A DNA stretch of 64,000 nt, taken from NCBI GenBank assembly GCA_001662655.1, contig KV460278.1. The stretch is one strand, 5' to 3'. A program made the translations under genes and the position numbers. The DNA is from Pseudogymnoascus verrucosus. Its lineage: Eukaryota. Below are positions 39,050 to 51,044 of this stretch, piece after piece. The notes beneath the pieces were generated by a model. The model made no database searches. It was not told the origin of the DNA and saw nothing but the letters and a program-made list of their open reading frames with translations. Within the stretch, counting starts at the first letter, position 1; every line of letters starts with the position of its first letter.

Positions 39050-39804
39050 ATGGTGGTGCGTGGGGCGTCGTTGGTTGTGTGGGGGGTTTGATAATGGTTA
39101 GGCGTTATTATTGTATGGTGGGTGTATGCTAGGAGGGCAGCTACGAAGGGATTCGAAGCTGTCGGTTTGGTCTTTCGACGCGTATGTGTTGATAGAAAAC
39201 TTGTTTGTAATACTTGAATTACTGCTCTTTAATATGTGCGCGTTGGGCTGCTACTCTGTGCGAAGCTGGTATTTGGGAACATCAACGGTGTAAATTGTCA
39301 TTCGCCTCAACTAGAGTATCCCCGTACTTCTGTTCTACCTCTTGTAGTGAATCCCAAGGGTATAGCCTTGGCCATGCTTCAACCCTTGATGGTATTCGAA
39401 CCCGGATGGTCGATGATACCCCGAAGACCGATGATGGGGACCGTGCGTCATAGTCACCCAGAAGCAACAACAGCCAACAAACCTCATCGCAACTCTGGTT
39501 GTTTACAGCAACTATGGATAAAACGGCGGCTCTTAATCACCAAGGACTATCATTGTCACACCACATCTTTTCAATCATCCAGTTCCTTGAAAATTGTGTT
39601 AAATAGAGCAATTATGCTGTCTTCATTTGTATAGCAGGTATCAATTCCTAGCTGTGCAATGCCTCTTTCGCAACTTTTTGAGCGACACCAGCTTTTATAT
39701 AACACACCATCCTTCCATCCAAGCCAATATAGGCAAAGCTGATTTTGAGCTCCATTCATAAGCCCCAGCACATTAGACCTCCATATCGCAACCTCCCCAT
39801 AGAC

Positions 39805-40839
39805 TCAGCTCATGTCCATGCCATCCTCCGGATCCTGCCGGCTGATATCATGGAACCCAGCTCTGCCATCCCCCATCATCCCAGAGCTAATCAAGTACTC
39901 CTTCCTTCTATTCATCGAGCCCGCGTAAACATGCGGCTCCTCATCCACCATATCCTCATGCGTCGCCTCCACAGCCTGCTTCGCCGGCTCAGCGACAGGA
40001 ACCAAGACCTCCGCTCCATCAAAGACCGGCGGCGAGGTGCGGAGGTTCTCAAACGTCCTGTCCAACGACGTCGCGACCAGCCTTCCCTGCGCCAGGTCCT
40101 CGCCGAAAAGGAACCATCCCTCCTTCGCTTCGACGAGGTAGCTCGCGAGGCCGTTGCTCTGTAAGAGTATCTTCGGGCTGCTGATGTGGAAGTGGTTCTC
40201 GATGTACTTCGCCCATCCCCGCGCTGCGGCCTGCATGTCCACGTCGTTGCTTATCCTGCTCCATCCTACACCGAGGTGCATCGTGTAATCATCGACTGTA
40301 GGACCTCGCTTCGGGCTCTGCCTGGTCGGGCTTGACGAGGGTGTGTTGCCATTCCAGGCATTTCCTTCCTCTGTCTTTGAAGACACGTTGCCCGTATCCA
40401 GGCGCTGCGACTTGTGGCTGCGCAGTATCGGCATTGGCGCTGTCAATGGAGGGGCGACGGGAAGCGAGTATGCGGCAGCGTCATCGGCGCATGATCGCTT
40501 CTCGCTGCCGGAGTCGATGAGAGAGCCATTGGGCCCAAACAGGGTTGTTCCATCGCCGTATCCCGCATTCTGGCCTAGTTCAAGCGATGCGTTGACGGCC
40601 TGGCGGAAGAGATCGTTGTCTTCTAGGTTGATTCCAGCCTCGTCGCGTGAGCGTTTGCGGCCGGCGCGTTGCTGGGGCTCTGGTTGGGATTTGTAGCCGG
40701 AGCTAATTTCCATTGAGTGATGGCTCGACGGAGCGAAGACTGAAGATGTGCCATAGTTTCCGAAGTGCTGAGCTGAGGATTGTTCTTTAAAGTCGAGTGC
40801 TGGGAGTGAAGCCGACGCGGATTGACCAATGGAACCCAT
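39805..40839 (-). CDS. Hypothetical fungal protein (344 aa) with a globular-looking C-terminal domain
   Basis: Single long ATG-initiated ORF; basic RKRSRDE patch; ordered-looking segment VDDYTMHLGVGW..AAARGWAKYIENHF..FLFGEDL..GRLV. Confidence 0.8.
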   Translation of the reverse strand: MGSIGQSASASLPALDFKEQSSAQHFGNYGTSSVFAPSSHHSMEISSGYKSQPEPQQRAGRKRSRDEAGINLEDNDLFRQAVNASLELGQNAGYGDGTTLFGPNGSLIDSGSEKRSCADDAAAYSLPVAPPLTAPMPILRSHKSQRLDTGNVSSKTEEGNAWNGNTPSSSPTRQSPKRGPTVDDYTMHLGVGWSRISNDVDMQAAARGWAKYIENHFHISSPKILLQSNGLASYLVEAKEGWFLFGEDLAQGRLVATSLDRTFENLRTSPPVFDGAEVLVPVAEPAKQAVEATHEDMVDEEPHVYAGSMNRRKEYLISSGMMGDGRAGFHDISRQDPEDGMDMS

Positions 40840-40879
40840 GATCAGACAAGGCTACAACCGAGGAACACAGATAATAAGG

Positions 40880-41790
40880 CAACCCGAATGTAGTGAAGTG
40901 AGAAGTGAATGGGAAAAGAGGAGGAGGGAATTTAATAAAGAGTGATAATGAGGTCTTTTGTAATAGAGTACAGGTAAATTGGTGAAATGAAATTGAAGAG
41001 TTGAAGGTATGTGGGGATGTGGCGGGACCGAGGGGCAGGAAGGGTCTTAAGAGTTGGAGTTGAATTGGAGAAGGAAGGAAGATGTGAGATGGAGAGAGGA
41101 AGAAGAGAGGGATGGGAAAGATAGTAAGTGAAGGAGACAGATGGGGGAATCGAGGCGAGAAGAGACGAGACGAGAGACGGACAAATAAGAAGGTGAGGAT
41201 GAGGATAGGGATCTGGGGGATTGGAGGGATTATGGGAAGGGAAGGGAGAAGGGATGGTGGATGGTGGATGGGGGGTGGTTCACAGGTCAGTGAGTGGTCA
41301 AGAGGCAAAACAAGAGCCGGAAGATGGCCATTGGATTCTGACGGGGTTTCTGTTAGTATGGAGTCCACAGACAGACCACAGACCACAGACCATAGACGAC
41401 ACATAGTGACCACGCGAGCGAAGTGGGAGGGAGGAGAGGGAACGATGTGGGAAGCGGAGAGAGCGGGACAGCCATGGGATGGGATAGTTGCTCCTGGGAC
41501 ACCCATGAGTACACCCATGAGTACACCCATGGCCGGAAGATGCGAAGGGCGAAGGTGGGCGGGCGTAGGAGAGGAGGGTGGAAGGGCGAAGGGCGAAGGG
41601 CGGAACGAGGCTGAAGTGGATTGGCGAAGGGACCAAGGAGCCAATTAGAGTGCACGCATACGGGAGTACGGAGTAACAAACGGAGATCGGAAGAACAGCC
41701 TCGTTTGTTTGTCGTTTAGCCATTGGGGAGCCATTGGGGAGTGGAGAGTAAACGAGATAAACGAGAGAAAACGACGGACGGTAAAAGACG
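40880..41790. repeat. Long polypurine/polypyrimidine-biased low-complexity tract with short tandem repeats
   Basis: The + strand is strongly A/G-rich, with (ACACCCATGAGT)~2.7 at about 41499-41530, GAAGGGC, CAGACCA and AGCCATTGGGG repeats. Confidence 0.7.
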
Positions 41791-42350
41791 GTAAATCATT
41801 TACGGCAGAGCCGAGTACTAGAGAATGGTGGAGGCAGTACCTACCATATTAGGCAATAAGTGGCAAGGAACTAACCCGATCATGGACTAACTAGGCCTAT
41901 ATTGGGTAAACGGCAAGCGTCATCGTTGATAGGGCTGACCAAAGGGAATCAAAGGAATCACGGTACGAGTATACCCTGCTTCACCATAGAATCGTACGTT
42001 ACTCTTGCTTACTCTCTCTTACTCGTCCCTTTTCGTTACTAGTTAATGTCATTAATGTGACGCGTCGGATTGCTCATGTGCGTACAGCAGGGTTCCAAGT
42101 AATACAAACATAACTCGAGTATACCGATATTATTGTTCCCACAAACAAAACGCGCAGATCACAACGCAGACACCACGGACACCCAGACACCCAACAGACA
42201 CCTCGCAGATCACACCCCAGATCACGAGGAGGCCGCCGGTCTGTTATCACCAATACGGAGTATGGATATCACCAATATGGATAGCGACACATGAATATCC
42301 CCTTCCGACTTTGGACCAGCCAAGCCGCTGAATAAGGCCCCCCACCCATC

Positions 42351-44267
42351 CTATGCTTCCCGGAATAATGACCCCCTTCCTGGAGTGGTGCTGCCAGGAG
42401 ACCTGTTGACGTCCCTCCCGCTACTCCCGTGCTGGAGGAACAGTCGCTGGGCAGCCCGTTCAAACATCACTTCGTCGTCCGTGTTCTCCTGCCCGCCGTA
42501 GAGCCCTGCGAAGCCTGGCGTCTCTAGACCAGGAGGGCTCCCACTGCGCCGCCTCCATCGTCTTTGAGGGGGTTGCCATCGAGGCTGTTGCGCGCTCGCG
42601 TGTCGACGCCCAGCTGGCGCCGTGTATGAAAAGTGGTAGGGACTAAAGTGTCGCGCCTCAGGCAATTGATCCGGAGTTTGCGGCTGTAGCGATGCAGGTA
42701 CTCGCTCGTCATACACTTGTAATCTGCGGTATGGCGTATTTGCTGGACCGGGACGACTTGCGGAAGATGCAATCCGGCTGTCTCGAGAGACTCGTGGTAT
42801 CGTTGGCGACGGCCTTGACGGCAGATGCCATGGGCCAATCGGCGACCTGGATCTATACGCCGAGACAAGACGAAATGGCACCGATGAGACGTTACTAGTA
42901 GCACTGCCAGACTGAGACTATCAGCTCTGCTATGGTAAGACCGACTGCACTATTGGATTATCACTCACTCTTGAGCTCTGTTGCAACCCTTGTCCTCCCG
43001 CGATATCATCAAGGCCGGCCAGGCCTGATGGGGTTATCGAGCGATCACCAGCATCCCCACCATGATGAATTCCGGGACTGCGCTCTGTGCTGCTTGAGTT
43101 CCCGGCCGGAAGTGACCCAGTAGCAGATCCACTCCTCGACCTTGTCGAGGATGGTGGTGGAAGATGCAGAGAATGCGGAGAGACTTCCGAGTTCGTGGTA
43201 TGCAATGATGATATCTCATCTTCAGGCTGTGCGACACCACTGGGATGGAAAATGCGTGTTGGCCGGAAAGATGGATGGCTAACTTCCCCATCAGGGCTCT
43301 GAAACGAAGCACCATGGAGTTGACTTCTCTCAATGGACGGCGGTAAGTCAATATGATAATCTGGCTCGGAAATATCAAAATCCTCGAGAATTGATCTGGA
43401 TTTATTGGATTCTTCCCGTGAGAATGCTGATGTACGGAGTCGGTAGTCCCTCGAACGCCTCGCTGGCTGCGAAAATAAAACCCCAGGGGTCCCAGGAGAC
43501 ACCAATTGCGATGCCAGTCCTACGCTTCTACTACCTTCGGGGGAAAGACGGTGATTATAAGATCTGTATAATGGTGATCGCGGGAACGGATTTCGAACAC
43601 GAAGCCGCTGGAGAGCTGGCAGCCTCGCCTCCTGGGGAGTAGAGACATCATCGGGAACTGCAAGTGCAAATTAACAATACACTCAGCAGATCGAAATGGA
43701 CGGTGGTTTACCGAACGATGACGAATCGCTTGAAGGTCTCTCCGTAAACCCACCATAGCCCAAGTTATTCTCCTGTGGCGTCTCTTGACGTCTTGGTTCT
43801 GAGCTTCTAGATGCCAATGGTTGCCTCATGTCGACGCCCTCACTTGGATTATCATCTCGGAGTGAAAGCCTAGTTAATTGGTACACATCTTCAGCTCCCG
43901 AGTCCTCGTTGTCGAGGGACAGCAACAGGCTTATTGGCTGCCCCATCTGAGAAACCTCATCAGTATCAGAGCCATCTGATGATCTGGACCCTAAGGAGAC
44001 ATCTACACCGTCAGATTGGCCTCCGATAGGATCCTGGGTGTTGAATCTAGTAATGCCTTGAAAACTGGACTGGCCCCAAGACGTAGCAGCTCTGGCATCA
44101 TCCATGAAAGTTGACTGACGATTATAAAGAGGTTGCATGAACCTCGTATCTGCAGGTTGTTCAGCACCGCCGCATGGTGCTGTTGCGGCTTTGCGGACAA
44201 CGTTCTCTAAATGCTCTACCACGTCTCTTTTGGAAAGAGATATCATAGTAGGAGAAGGCCGAAGCAT
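42351..44267 (-). CDS. Hypothetical ~601-aa S/P/R-rich protein with a Cdc26-like N-terminal motif (3 exons)
   Basis: Three minus-strand ORFs join in frame through canonical introns 43658-43711 and 42912-42968. The start ATG at 44267 is inferred (MLRPSPTMISLSKRDV). Confidence 0.75.
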
Positions 44268-45060
44268 GATGAATGGCTGGGCGAGTAAACGCTTCCCAAT
44301 TGTGCAATGCGCTTCCAACAGTTGCTGAGCTTCCAACAATTTGATGAGCTTCCAACAGTTGCTGAGCTGACTCTGCTCAGATAGTGACATCGTTGCGATG
44401 TTTTCAATTCTAGTACTGGAATTATCCTTGATATGGAAGGAGCAAGGGACCTCTCCAGTAGAGTATAATCTATATGTGGTAAACATAAACGGCAAGAACG
44501 ACCAGGAACCGCCGTTGTTCTTGAATATCCAGGATGCACAGCCGACCATAGTACGTGTATGCCATGGCGCAGAGCTCAATAGCTCCATCTAAATGACCAC
44601 ATATAGAAGAAAACGAGAGATCAATACTGTATATAGCAAAGTAATGAGTATGATTACTTGCCGATCTATTTATAATATGCCAAAGCTGTCTGCTGTGAGA
44701 ATCATCGTATTGAACGCGCAAGGCCACGACCTCCGGGTACCCTTTTACCAATTTCCATCATCCCGGCACTCCACTTCTTCCGCTAGTATCGGCGGCGGAC
44801 AACCAACATAAACACAACCACGACACAACACCACTCTGTCTCGATTATTCACGTTGCTGAAAGTGTGAGGCTCTGCCCCAGAAGGGGCCAAACGACTTGC
44901 TCTTCTCTATCCACCGTAGCACCCCTATCGCACCTGGGGCTCGCCGACAATCGATTGCCACCGCATCGCCTTGGCTGGCAGCACCTTGGAGGGCTATCCG
45001 AAGCTATTGGAAAATCACAACAGGAATCGGTTGTAAATAAGCCCACAAGATCAGGATAAT

Positions 45061-47941
45061 ATGTCCTTCCATCGCGACGGGTCTGGTGTCTCTATGGGAC
45101 CGGGTGGAACTGGTGGACAATCTTTCCAAGGAACGTCACAACAAGGCGCCCAGTCGTCTGTCAACTCATCGAACCCAAACGATCAGACGAAGCGCGGAGC
45201 ACCACAAATTGGCATGGGTGGCATATCGTCTCCACATCCTGGAAGCCTAACCCCTGGCTCAATGAACTCTACACCCGACAACCTGAGCCTCACACATTCG
45301 TTTGGTGGTTTGCGTATTGCTAACCCAGACAGAGGGTCTCCCGACTCATCAACAGCCACGACAGACACTCCCCCATCTGTGGCAAGTCGGGAATTTGTGG
45401 ACACGACAATGGATGGATCATCTGAACCTCAACAAAAACGTCGTTCGCTTTTCAACATGCTGAGGCGCAGTGAACCGAGCAACGATCCGGAACCCCCTCG
45501 ACTGTCTGGCTTATCGGTCGACAGTAAAAGGCCTTCGCGGAAACATACACCGGAGCCTACTGAGCCGTCGGCGGCTACACAAGAACAGAGCCGTGCGCCT
45601 TCTGCGCAGAATTACAGGCCAGGGCAGTCCATGCCCTTCAACCACCAGGCCCAACAAGAAGCGTTGTTTCCTCCGTTTCAGTCGAGCCATGCACCAGGCA
45701 GGGAACGCGGCTACTCTGGAGGTAGGCCTGTCTCCGGCGCGTACTCACCCATCCCGCCGCCAGCAAACAACATACCATCTCGACAACCTGGTTCATATCG
45801 ACTACCAACCGAATCTTCGAGCAATTCCGTGCACAGTAGCGCTCCGAGGATAGAATCGCGAAATGCAGAAGCAGTCATGGCAGCTGGCGCAGAAATCCGA
45901 GACGACAGCCACAGAGATCGATCATACAGTCAAAGTCAGCCAATTTTACCCGGCAATGGCTCAACACGAGATAGCTCGAGGGCGTTGGGTGGTGGTCGGG
46001 GAATTGCGAACCCGAATATGGCGCCCAATCCAGGTCCTCCGGGCGGATCGCAATCATACGGCCTGGACGGACCACTCCAAGCAAGCAGTGAAGAGTGGAA
46101 AGAAAGGGGTGCTGCAGTTGGCGTGCGACAAGAAATCGATTCGAGCGGCAAGCCAGTTTTAAGATCTGTAAAGAAGGGCGTTAGGGATTTCTCGTTTGGT
46201 CGAACACTCGGTGAAGGGTCATACAGCACTGTCTTGGCTGCGACGGATCGCCAGACATTAAAAGAGTATGCAGTCAAAGTACTCGACAAAAGGCACATCA
46301 TCAAGGAGAAGAAGATCAAATATGTCAACATTGAGAAGAATACTCTTAACCGTCTGACGGAACACCCAGGCATTGTTCGACTATACTACACTTTTCAGGA
46401 TGAGAAGTCATTATACTATGTTCTGGATGTGGCGAGCAATGGGGAACTCCTCGGAGTGTTGAAGAAGATTGGCACATTTGACGTGGAATGCACCCGTTTC
46501 TATGGTGCGCAAATTTTGGATGCCATCGACTACATGCACTCTCGTGGCGTGATTCACCGAGATTTAAAGCCCGAGAACGTTCTTCTTGACGATCAAATGC
46601 ACGTCAAAATTACCGATTTTGGAACGGCGAAGCTGTTAAAAGACCCATATGCTGTGCCGAAACAGGGCCTTCCCGATATGGACAAGGAGGATGACGATAA
46701 TCGAGCAGCGTCATTTGTTGGCACCGCAGAGTATGTCAGCCCGGAGCTGCTCACGGACAAAAACGCTTGCAAAGCGAGCGACCTCTGGGCGTTCGGCTGC
46801 ATTATATACCAGCTACTTTCAGGAAGGCCGCCTTTCAAGGCTGCAAATGAATACTTGACGTTCCAGAAAATTGTTGGGTTGGATTACGAGTTTCCACCTG
46901 GCTTTCCACCGGCAGCGAGGGACTTGGTAGAACGCTTATTGGTCCATGACCCGCAGAGGCGGCTGTCCATGGAGCATATTAAGAACCACGAATTCTTCGA
47001 TGGCGTGAAATGGGGACGGAGCTTGTGGAGGCAAAAGGCACCGAGGTTAATGCCTCATGTCCCCCCTTCGCAAAAACCGCACGTTATCAAATTGGATGGA
47101 TACCAGAGTACTCCGCAGCCAATAACAACGTCCCGAGGTGCGAATGGAAGTAGTAGTTCAAGACCAAAACCACGAGTTATTACTGAACTACCACCTCCCA
47201 GCCAGCTAGATATCGAATGGTCTCCTGTACTAACTCGGAATAATGAGAGGATACTCAAGCTTGGGAATCTCATGGTTACTTCGAGCCCAATACCCAACAG
47301 CCCGGGATCTAAAAGCGGTGACAACGGCAAGAGCGACAAGAAATTCTCCCGCTTTTTTGGTGGAAGCACTATCAAGAAGAGGCAGAGGCTAGTCATGGTT
47401 ACCTCGAGCGCCCGAATTATTCTGGCAGCCGCTGGAGGGGACGAGAAGAAGTCAAAGACGGAGATATCTCTCCTGGCTTCCGATTGTACGTGGCGGTTAC
47501 AGGCAGAACTGAAGGGGCAGGCAGGGTGGTGTGTAGATACGGTAAGTTTTGACAGCTGATGTGTTTACTGAAGTGATATCTAATGGTTTACAGCATGGAA
47601 CCCATTATTCGTTTGAAGAGCCGCGATCATCTAATAGCTCATCGGACCTGGGTCGAACAGCCCCCGAAGAGTGGATTGAAACCCTTGATAGCGCGAAGGA
47701 CTTCGCGATGTCACAAAGCATGTTGGGCTCTTACAACAACGACAGCAACTTCGCCGAGATGTCATCATCGGTGTCAAGTCCGACGAGCACCCTTGGCGGC
47801 GGGAACACATACCCTGAGGGAATGGGTGTTACTGACCGCAACGGTCGCAAAAACTTGACCAAGAACCAAGAAGATGCACCGCCGAAACGGCATAGGTTCA
47901 GTAAACGCCAATCTAAGAGCGGGCTCGCGGCTGTCTTCTAG
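45061..47941 (+). CDS. ksg1: PDK1-family Ser/Thr kinase (Ksg1/Pkh) with C-terminal PH-like domain, 2 exons
   Basis: Motifs LGEGSYSTV, HIIKEKKIKYV, HRDLKPEN, DFG and SFVGTAEYVSPELL; PH-like region KKRQRLVMVTS. Confidence 0.95.
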
Positions 47942-49545
47942 CTGGTCGGTGGTCTTGCTTCAGAGCGTATTCTCCGGCTCGGGAGTTTATAACGATTCGA
48001 ATTTTCATTCTCACATAGCATTTGCTAGCGCGGCGTTGGGTCTGTCCAGCATTTTATTTTAATTGTTCATGTAGATCTTTAGTGGCCATATGTGGAGGGC
48101 GTGGCGTGCAACGGCCATCATTCGTCATCAACCTTGAGAGCGATGAAGTATATCGAATACCTTACTTGGGGATAATTGTTTCATGTGCGTGGGATCGGAG
48201 GGGAGGGGAGTGGAGTGGCCGGGTAGTGTGAGGGAGAGGTGTGAGGTGCTTTTTACTTGTCAGATGGGGACTCGATGAGACACCATTGACTAGACAACGT
48301 ATTTTCTGATGAAATCTACATATTTGCTGAGGGGAAATAGAAAGCTGGAGTTCCGCATATGCGGTGTCGTGTTCCTGAGACTGTTGTGATGTAGGAGAAC
48401 CACGGCGGAATTGGAAGATGTTTAGAACGTCGCCGCTGAGACCTCCTTGTATAGACTGTACTGCAAGTAGACAATGCAGAGGAGTATGCGACCTGACATG
48501 AGATCCAAAATAGACACATCTGACAGAAACTTATCGACGCCAAAATACCGACAACTCCAATAAGGTATGGTATAATATACTATACGTGTTACTTGGTAGT
48601 AAAGCACGGTGTTTTCGCCACTGGATCCCCTCTTGCCCTTCTGATTCCCCTCTTGGTTCGAATGGCATCCGGTCCTTCCTCTCCAATCGTTTGGCTAGAC
48701 TTCTGATAGAAGTGGCATCTGGGTTTCTCGGACAGCCCCGCACCCAACGTCTATTGGCCTGGGTGTCCCGATTCTCAGCACAACACTGCTGCTGCTACTG
48801 CACTGTACAGCTGTTAGTCAAAGCCCATCCCCCCACCACCCACCACACAAGTAAACATCCATGTTGCACATGGCTCAACGCGACCCAGCTTCGGCCTCGC
48901 AATTCGTGGACCATGAAAAGTTACCCTGGCACCTGGAATTGAGCCTTTTGACCCATCCCTGACTACTCTGACTCCCTGACAATTGATATCGCCCCCGGTA
49001 CTCTCTTTCCATCAGAAATCAGTTGGCCCACATCGAAAAAAGAGAAATGACCGCCGTGTTATAATTCGCTCTAAAGAGAGAGTTCAGGGAAGCGGGAACT
49101 ATCGAAGGCGAGTCAATCATCGCGGAACGAGGCGCATGTGCGGCAGCGAAAGGAGGCACCTGGATCATCCTGTCTCTGTTTACCGTCACAAAGTTTCAGG
49201 GCTTCGAAGGTTTCCGTCACACGGCGGGCACGCTACACGACTGTTGATAAAGCACAATAACAAAGACATGATCGCAATCTGCTGAGTCTCTGGCTACCGG
49301 AATTTTACTGCGGGGGAACTGGAACACTTGCGCTCAAACAAAGCCGTTCTTTGATCTTTGATGCGACTGTGAGGGCTTATCGCGCTGCCGTCCTTGAAGC
49401 ACCTCTGCGCACATGGTAGCTTCTGAGCGAGAATAACTGAGCAGGTGCGTCCTCTATATCCTCTCTCGCCCATTTCCCAAGACGCGTTGCTGACTACTTC
49501 TCAACTACAGCAGCTTGCATAGTCGACCAGATCCCAAACTCCTAA

Positions 49546-51042
49546 ATGGTCTCACAGCCAGAGCCCTCGCGTTCCCTCTCCGTCCGCGGCCCCTCCTCCG
49601 TCGTCTCGCGCTCAAGTCGACACCGCCGCCAGAACCGATCACTGGCCGGCGGCTCCTCCTACATCCCACAAAATGAGTTCCCGGTCTTCGCGAACACGGG
49701 CGATGTGGAAATCCTCGTCAGCGCGGGCGGGAAGGAAAACAGATACCTCCTCCATCGCTTGATCCTCACGCAGTGCTCCGGCTTCTTTGAAGCCAGCACA
49801 AGCCAGGAATGGTCGCGTGGGCATACCGAGGCTAGCAAGGAGCTGGCTCGGATTGGGGAAGATGGAGGCAGTATGGATACAGCAAGCCGGACGTCGTCGT
49901 CGCCTCAGAAACAGCGCTGGCGCTATGAGCTAGATAAGGGGGCCGATAATAGCGACATTCCCATGCTCGTGCAGGCTACCCCTCCTGCGCCGTCTCTCTT
50001 CAATCCTATGTCACCCCCGCCAGTCCGCAATAAGCCCCCGAGCTCATCAACCTCATTCTTTCGGTCTGTTGCCAATCTCAGCATCGCCGTACCAGCTCCA
50101 CTATCGCAAGAAGATACGGATCTCCTCCGCGACTACGACAACCTCTTCCGCATATTCTACAACTACCCACCCTCTCTCGACCCCATTAATATCGCCGATG
50201 CATACATCCAATGCAAATCCCTCCTCGCACTCGCAGACATGTACGACGCCCTCGTCGTAGTCGGCCCGCGAATCGACCACCACCTCCTCCAATTCCAATC
50301 CCGCCTCTTCAAGCAAATCGCCAAGTACCCGCCCTCCTACCTCCGCCTCGGCTACATGGCCCGCTCCAAAGTCATCTTCGCCGAAGCCCTCATCCACGTC
50401 GTCGGCCAATGGCCCGTCGGCGAGCGGCACCTCCGCCAGGCCCTCCCGCAACAAGTCGTCGAGCTCATAGAAGATAAAGTCGACGAGCTCGCCGATGTTG
50501 TCGCGGGCGTTGAGGGCCGCCTCTTTCGCCTCTCTCTAATGACAAGCCGCGGCGACCGCGTCAGTCCGCAGACTAGCTACGTTGACTGGCTCGCTGTCTC
50601 GCTGTTCCGCGAGTGGCTAGCGGAAAACACATCCTCCCCCCCTCCCGCCCCAGCCAAACCCATCTCCGCCTCCCGTCCCAACACCAACCCCCACGAGCGC
50701 CTCGACGCTCCGCCGCTGAGCGCAAATAGCGCCAGCATGCCGCCTCCCTACAGCGACCCCCCCGTGCCCTATCTAGGGCGCGTATACCGACTCCTCGGGT
50801 CGAGTTCCGGGAGCGCGTACCTAGGACACGAGGAGTGCAAGCGTTTCCTCAAGCTGACGCCGGAGCTGTATTCGAGGGAGACGTTGAGAAGGTTTGAGAG
50901 GAAGGTGGAGGAGATGAAGGGGCTGGCGAGGGAGACGGTGGCGCCGCTTATGAGGTGTACGCTGCAGGGCGGGGCGGAGGGAGTGAGTTATTTGACGTGT
51001 ACGAGGATTGGGCATAATGATTGGGTTTGGGAGAATGAGTGA
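49546..51042 (+). CDS. Hypothetical protein with BTB/POZ-like N-terminal fold
   Basis: 498-aa ORF. GDVEILV..YLLHRLILTQCSGFFEAS is BTB-like, as is LFRIFY..LLALADMYDAL. A probable 5'UTR intron lies at about 49445-49510. Confidence 0.8.
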   Translation: MVSQPEPSRSLSVRGPSSVVSRSSRHRRQNRSLAGGSSYIPQNEFPVFANTGDVEILVSAGGKENRYLLHRLILTQCSGFFEASTSQEWSRGHTEASKELARIGEDGGSMDTASRTSSSPQKQRWRYELDKGADNSDIPMLVQATPPAPSLFNPMSPPPVRNKPPSSSTSFFRSVANLSIAVPAPLSQEDTDLLRDYDNLFRIFYNYPPSLDPINIADAYIQCKSLLALADMYDALVVVGPRIDHHLLQFQSRLFKQIAKYPPSYLRLGYMARSKVIFAEALIHVVGQWPVGERHLRQALPQQVVELIEDKVDELADVVAGVEGRLFRLSLMTSRGDRVSPQTSYVDWLAVSLFREWLAENTSSPPPAPAKPISASRPNTNPHERLDAPPLSANSASMPPPYSDPPVPYLGRVYRLLGSSSGSAYLGHEECKRFLKLTPELYSRETLRRFERKVEEMKGLARETVAPLMRCTLQGGAEGVSYLTCTRIGHNDWVWENE

Positions 51043-51044
51043 TA

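Noticed and set aside
39380..39460. GGGTTCGAATACC B-box/T-loop-like motif on the minus strand
   Set aside because: No acceptor stem, D arm or anticodon arm could be folded.
40787..41648. 285-aa minus and 178-aa plus ORFs
   Set aside because: They are by-products of a purine/pyrimidine-biased low-complexity tract that is poor in stop codons, have non-protein-like composition, and one overlaps the real gene start.
47942..49440. Short ORFs between ksg1 and the BTB-like gene
   Set aside because: Mostly non-ATG starts with no recognisable domains; more consistent with UTR and promoter sequence.
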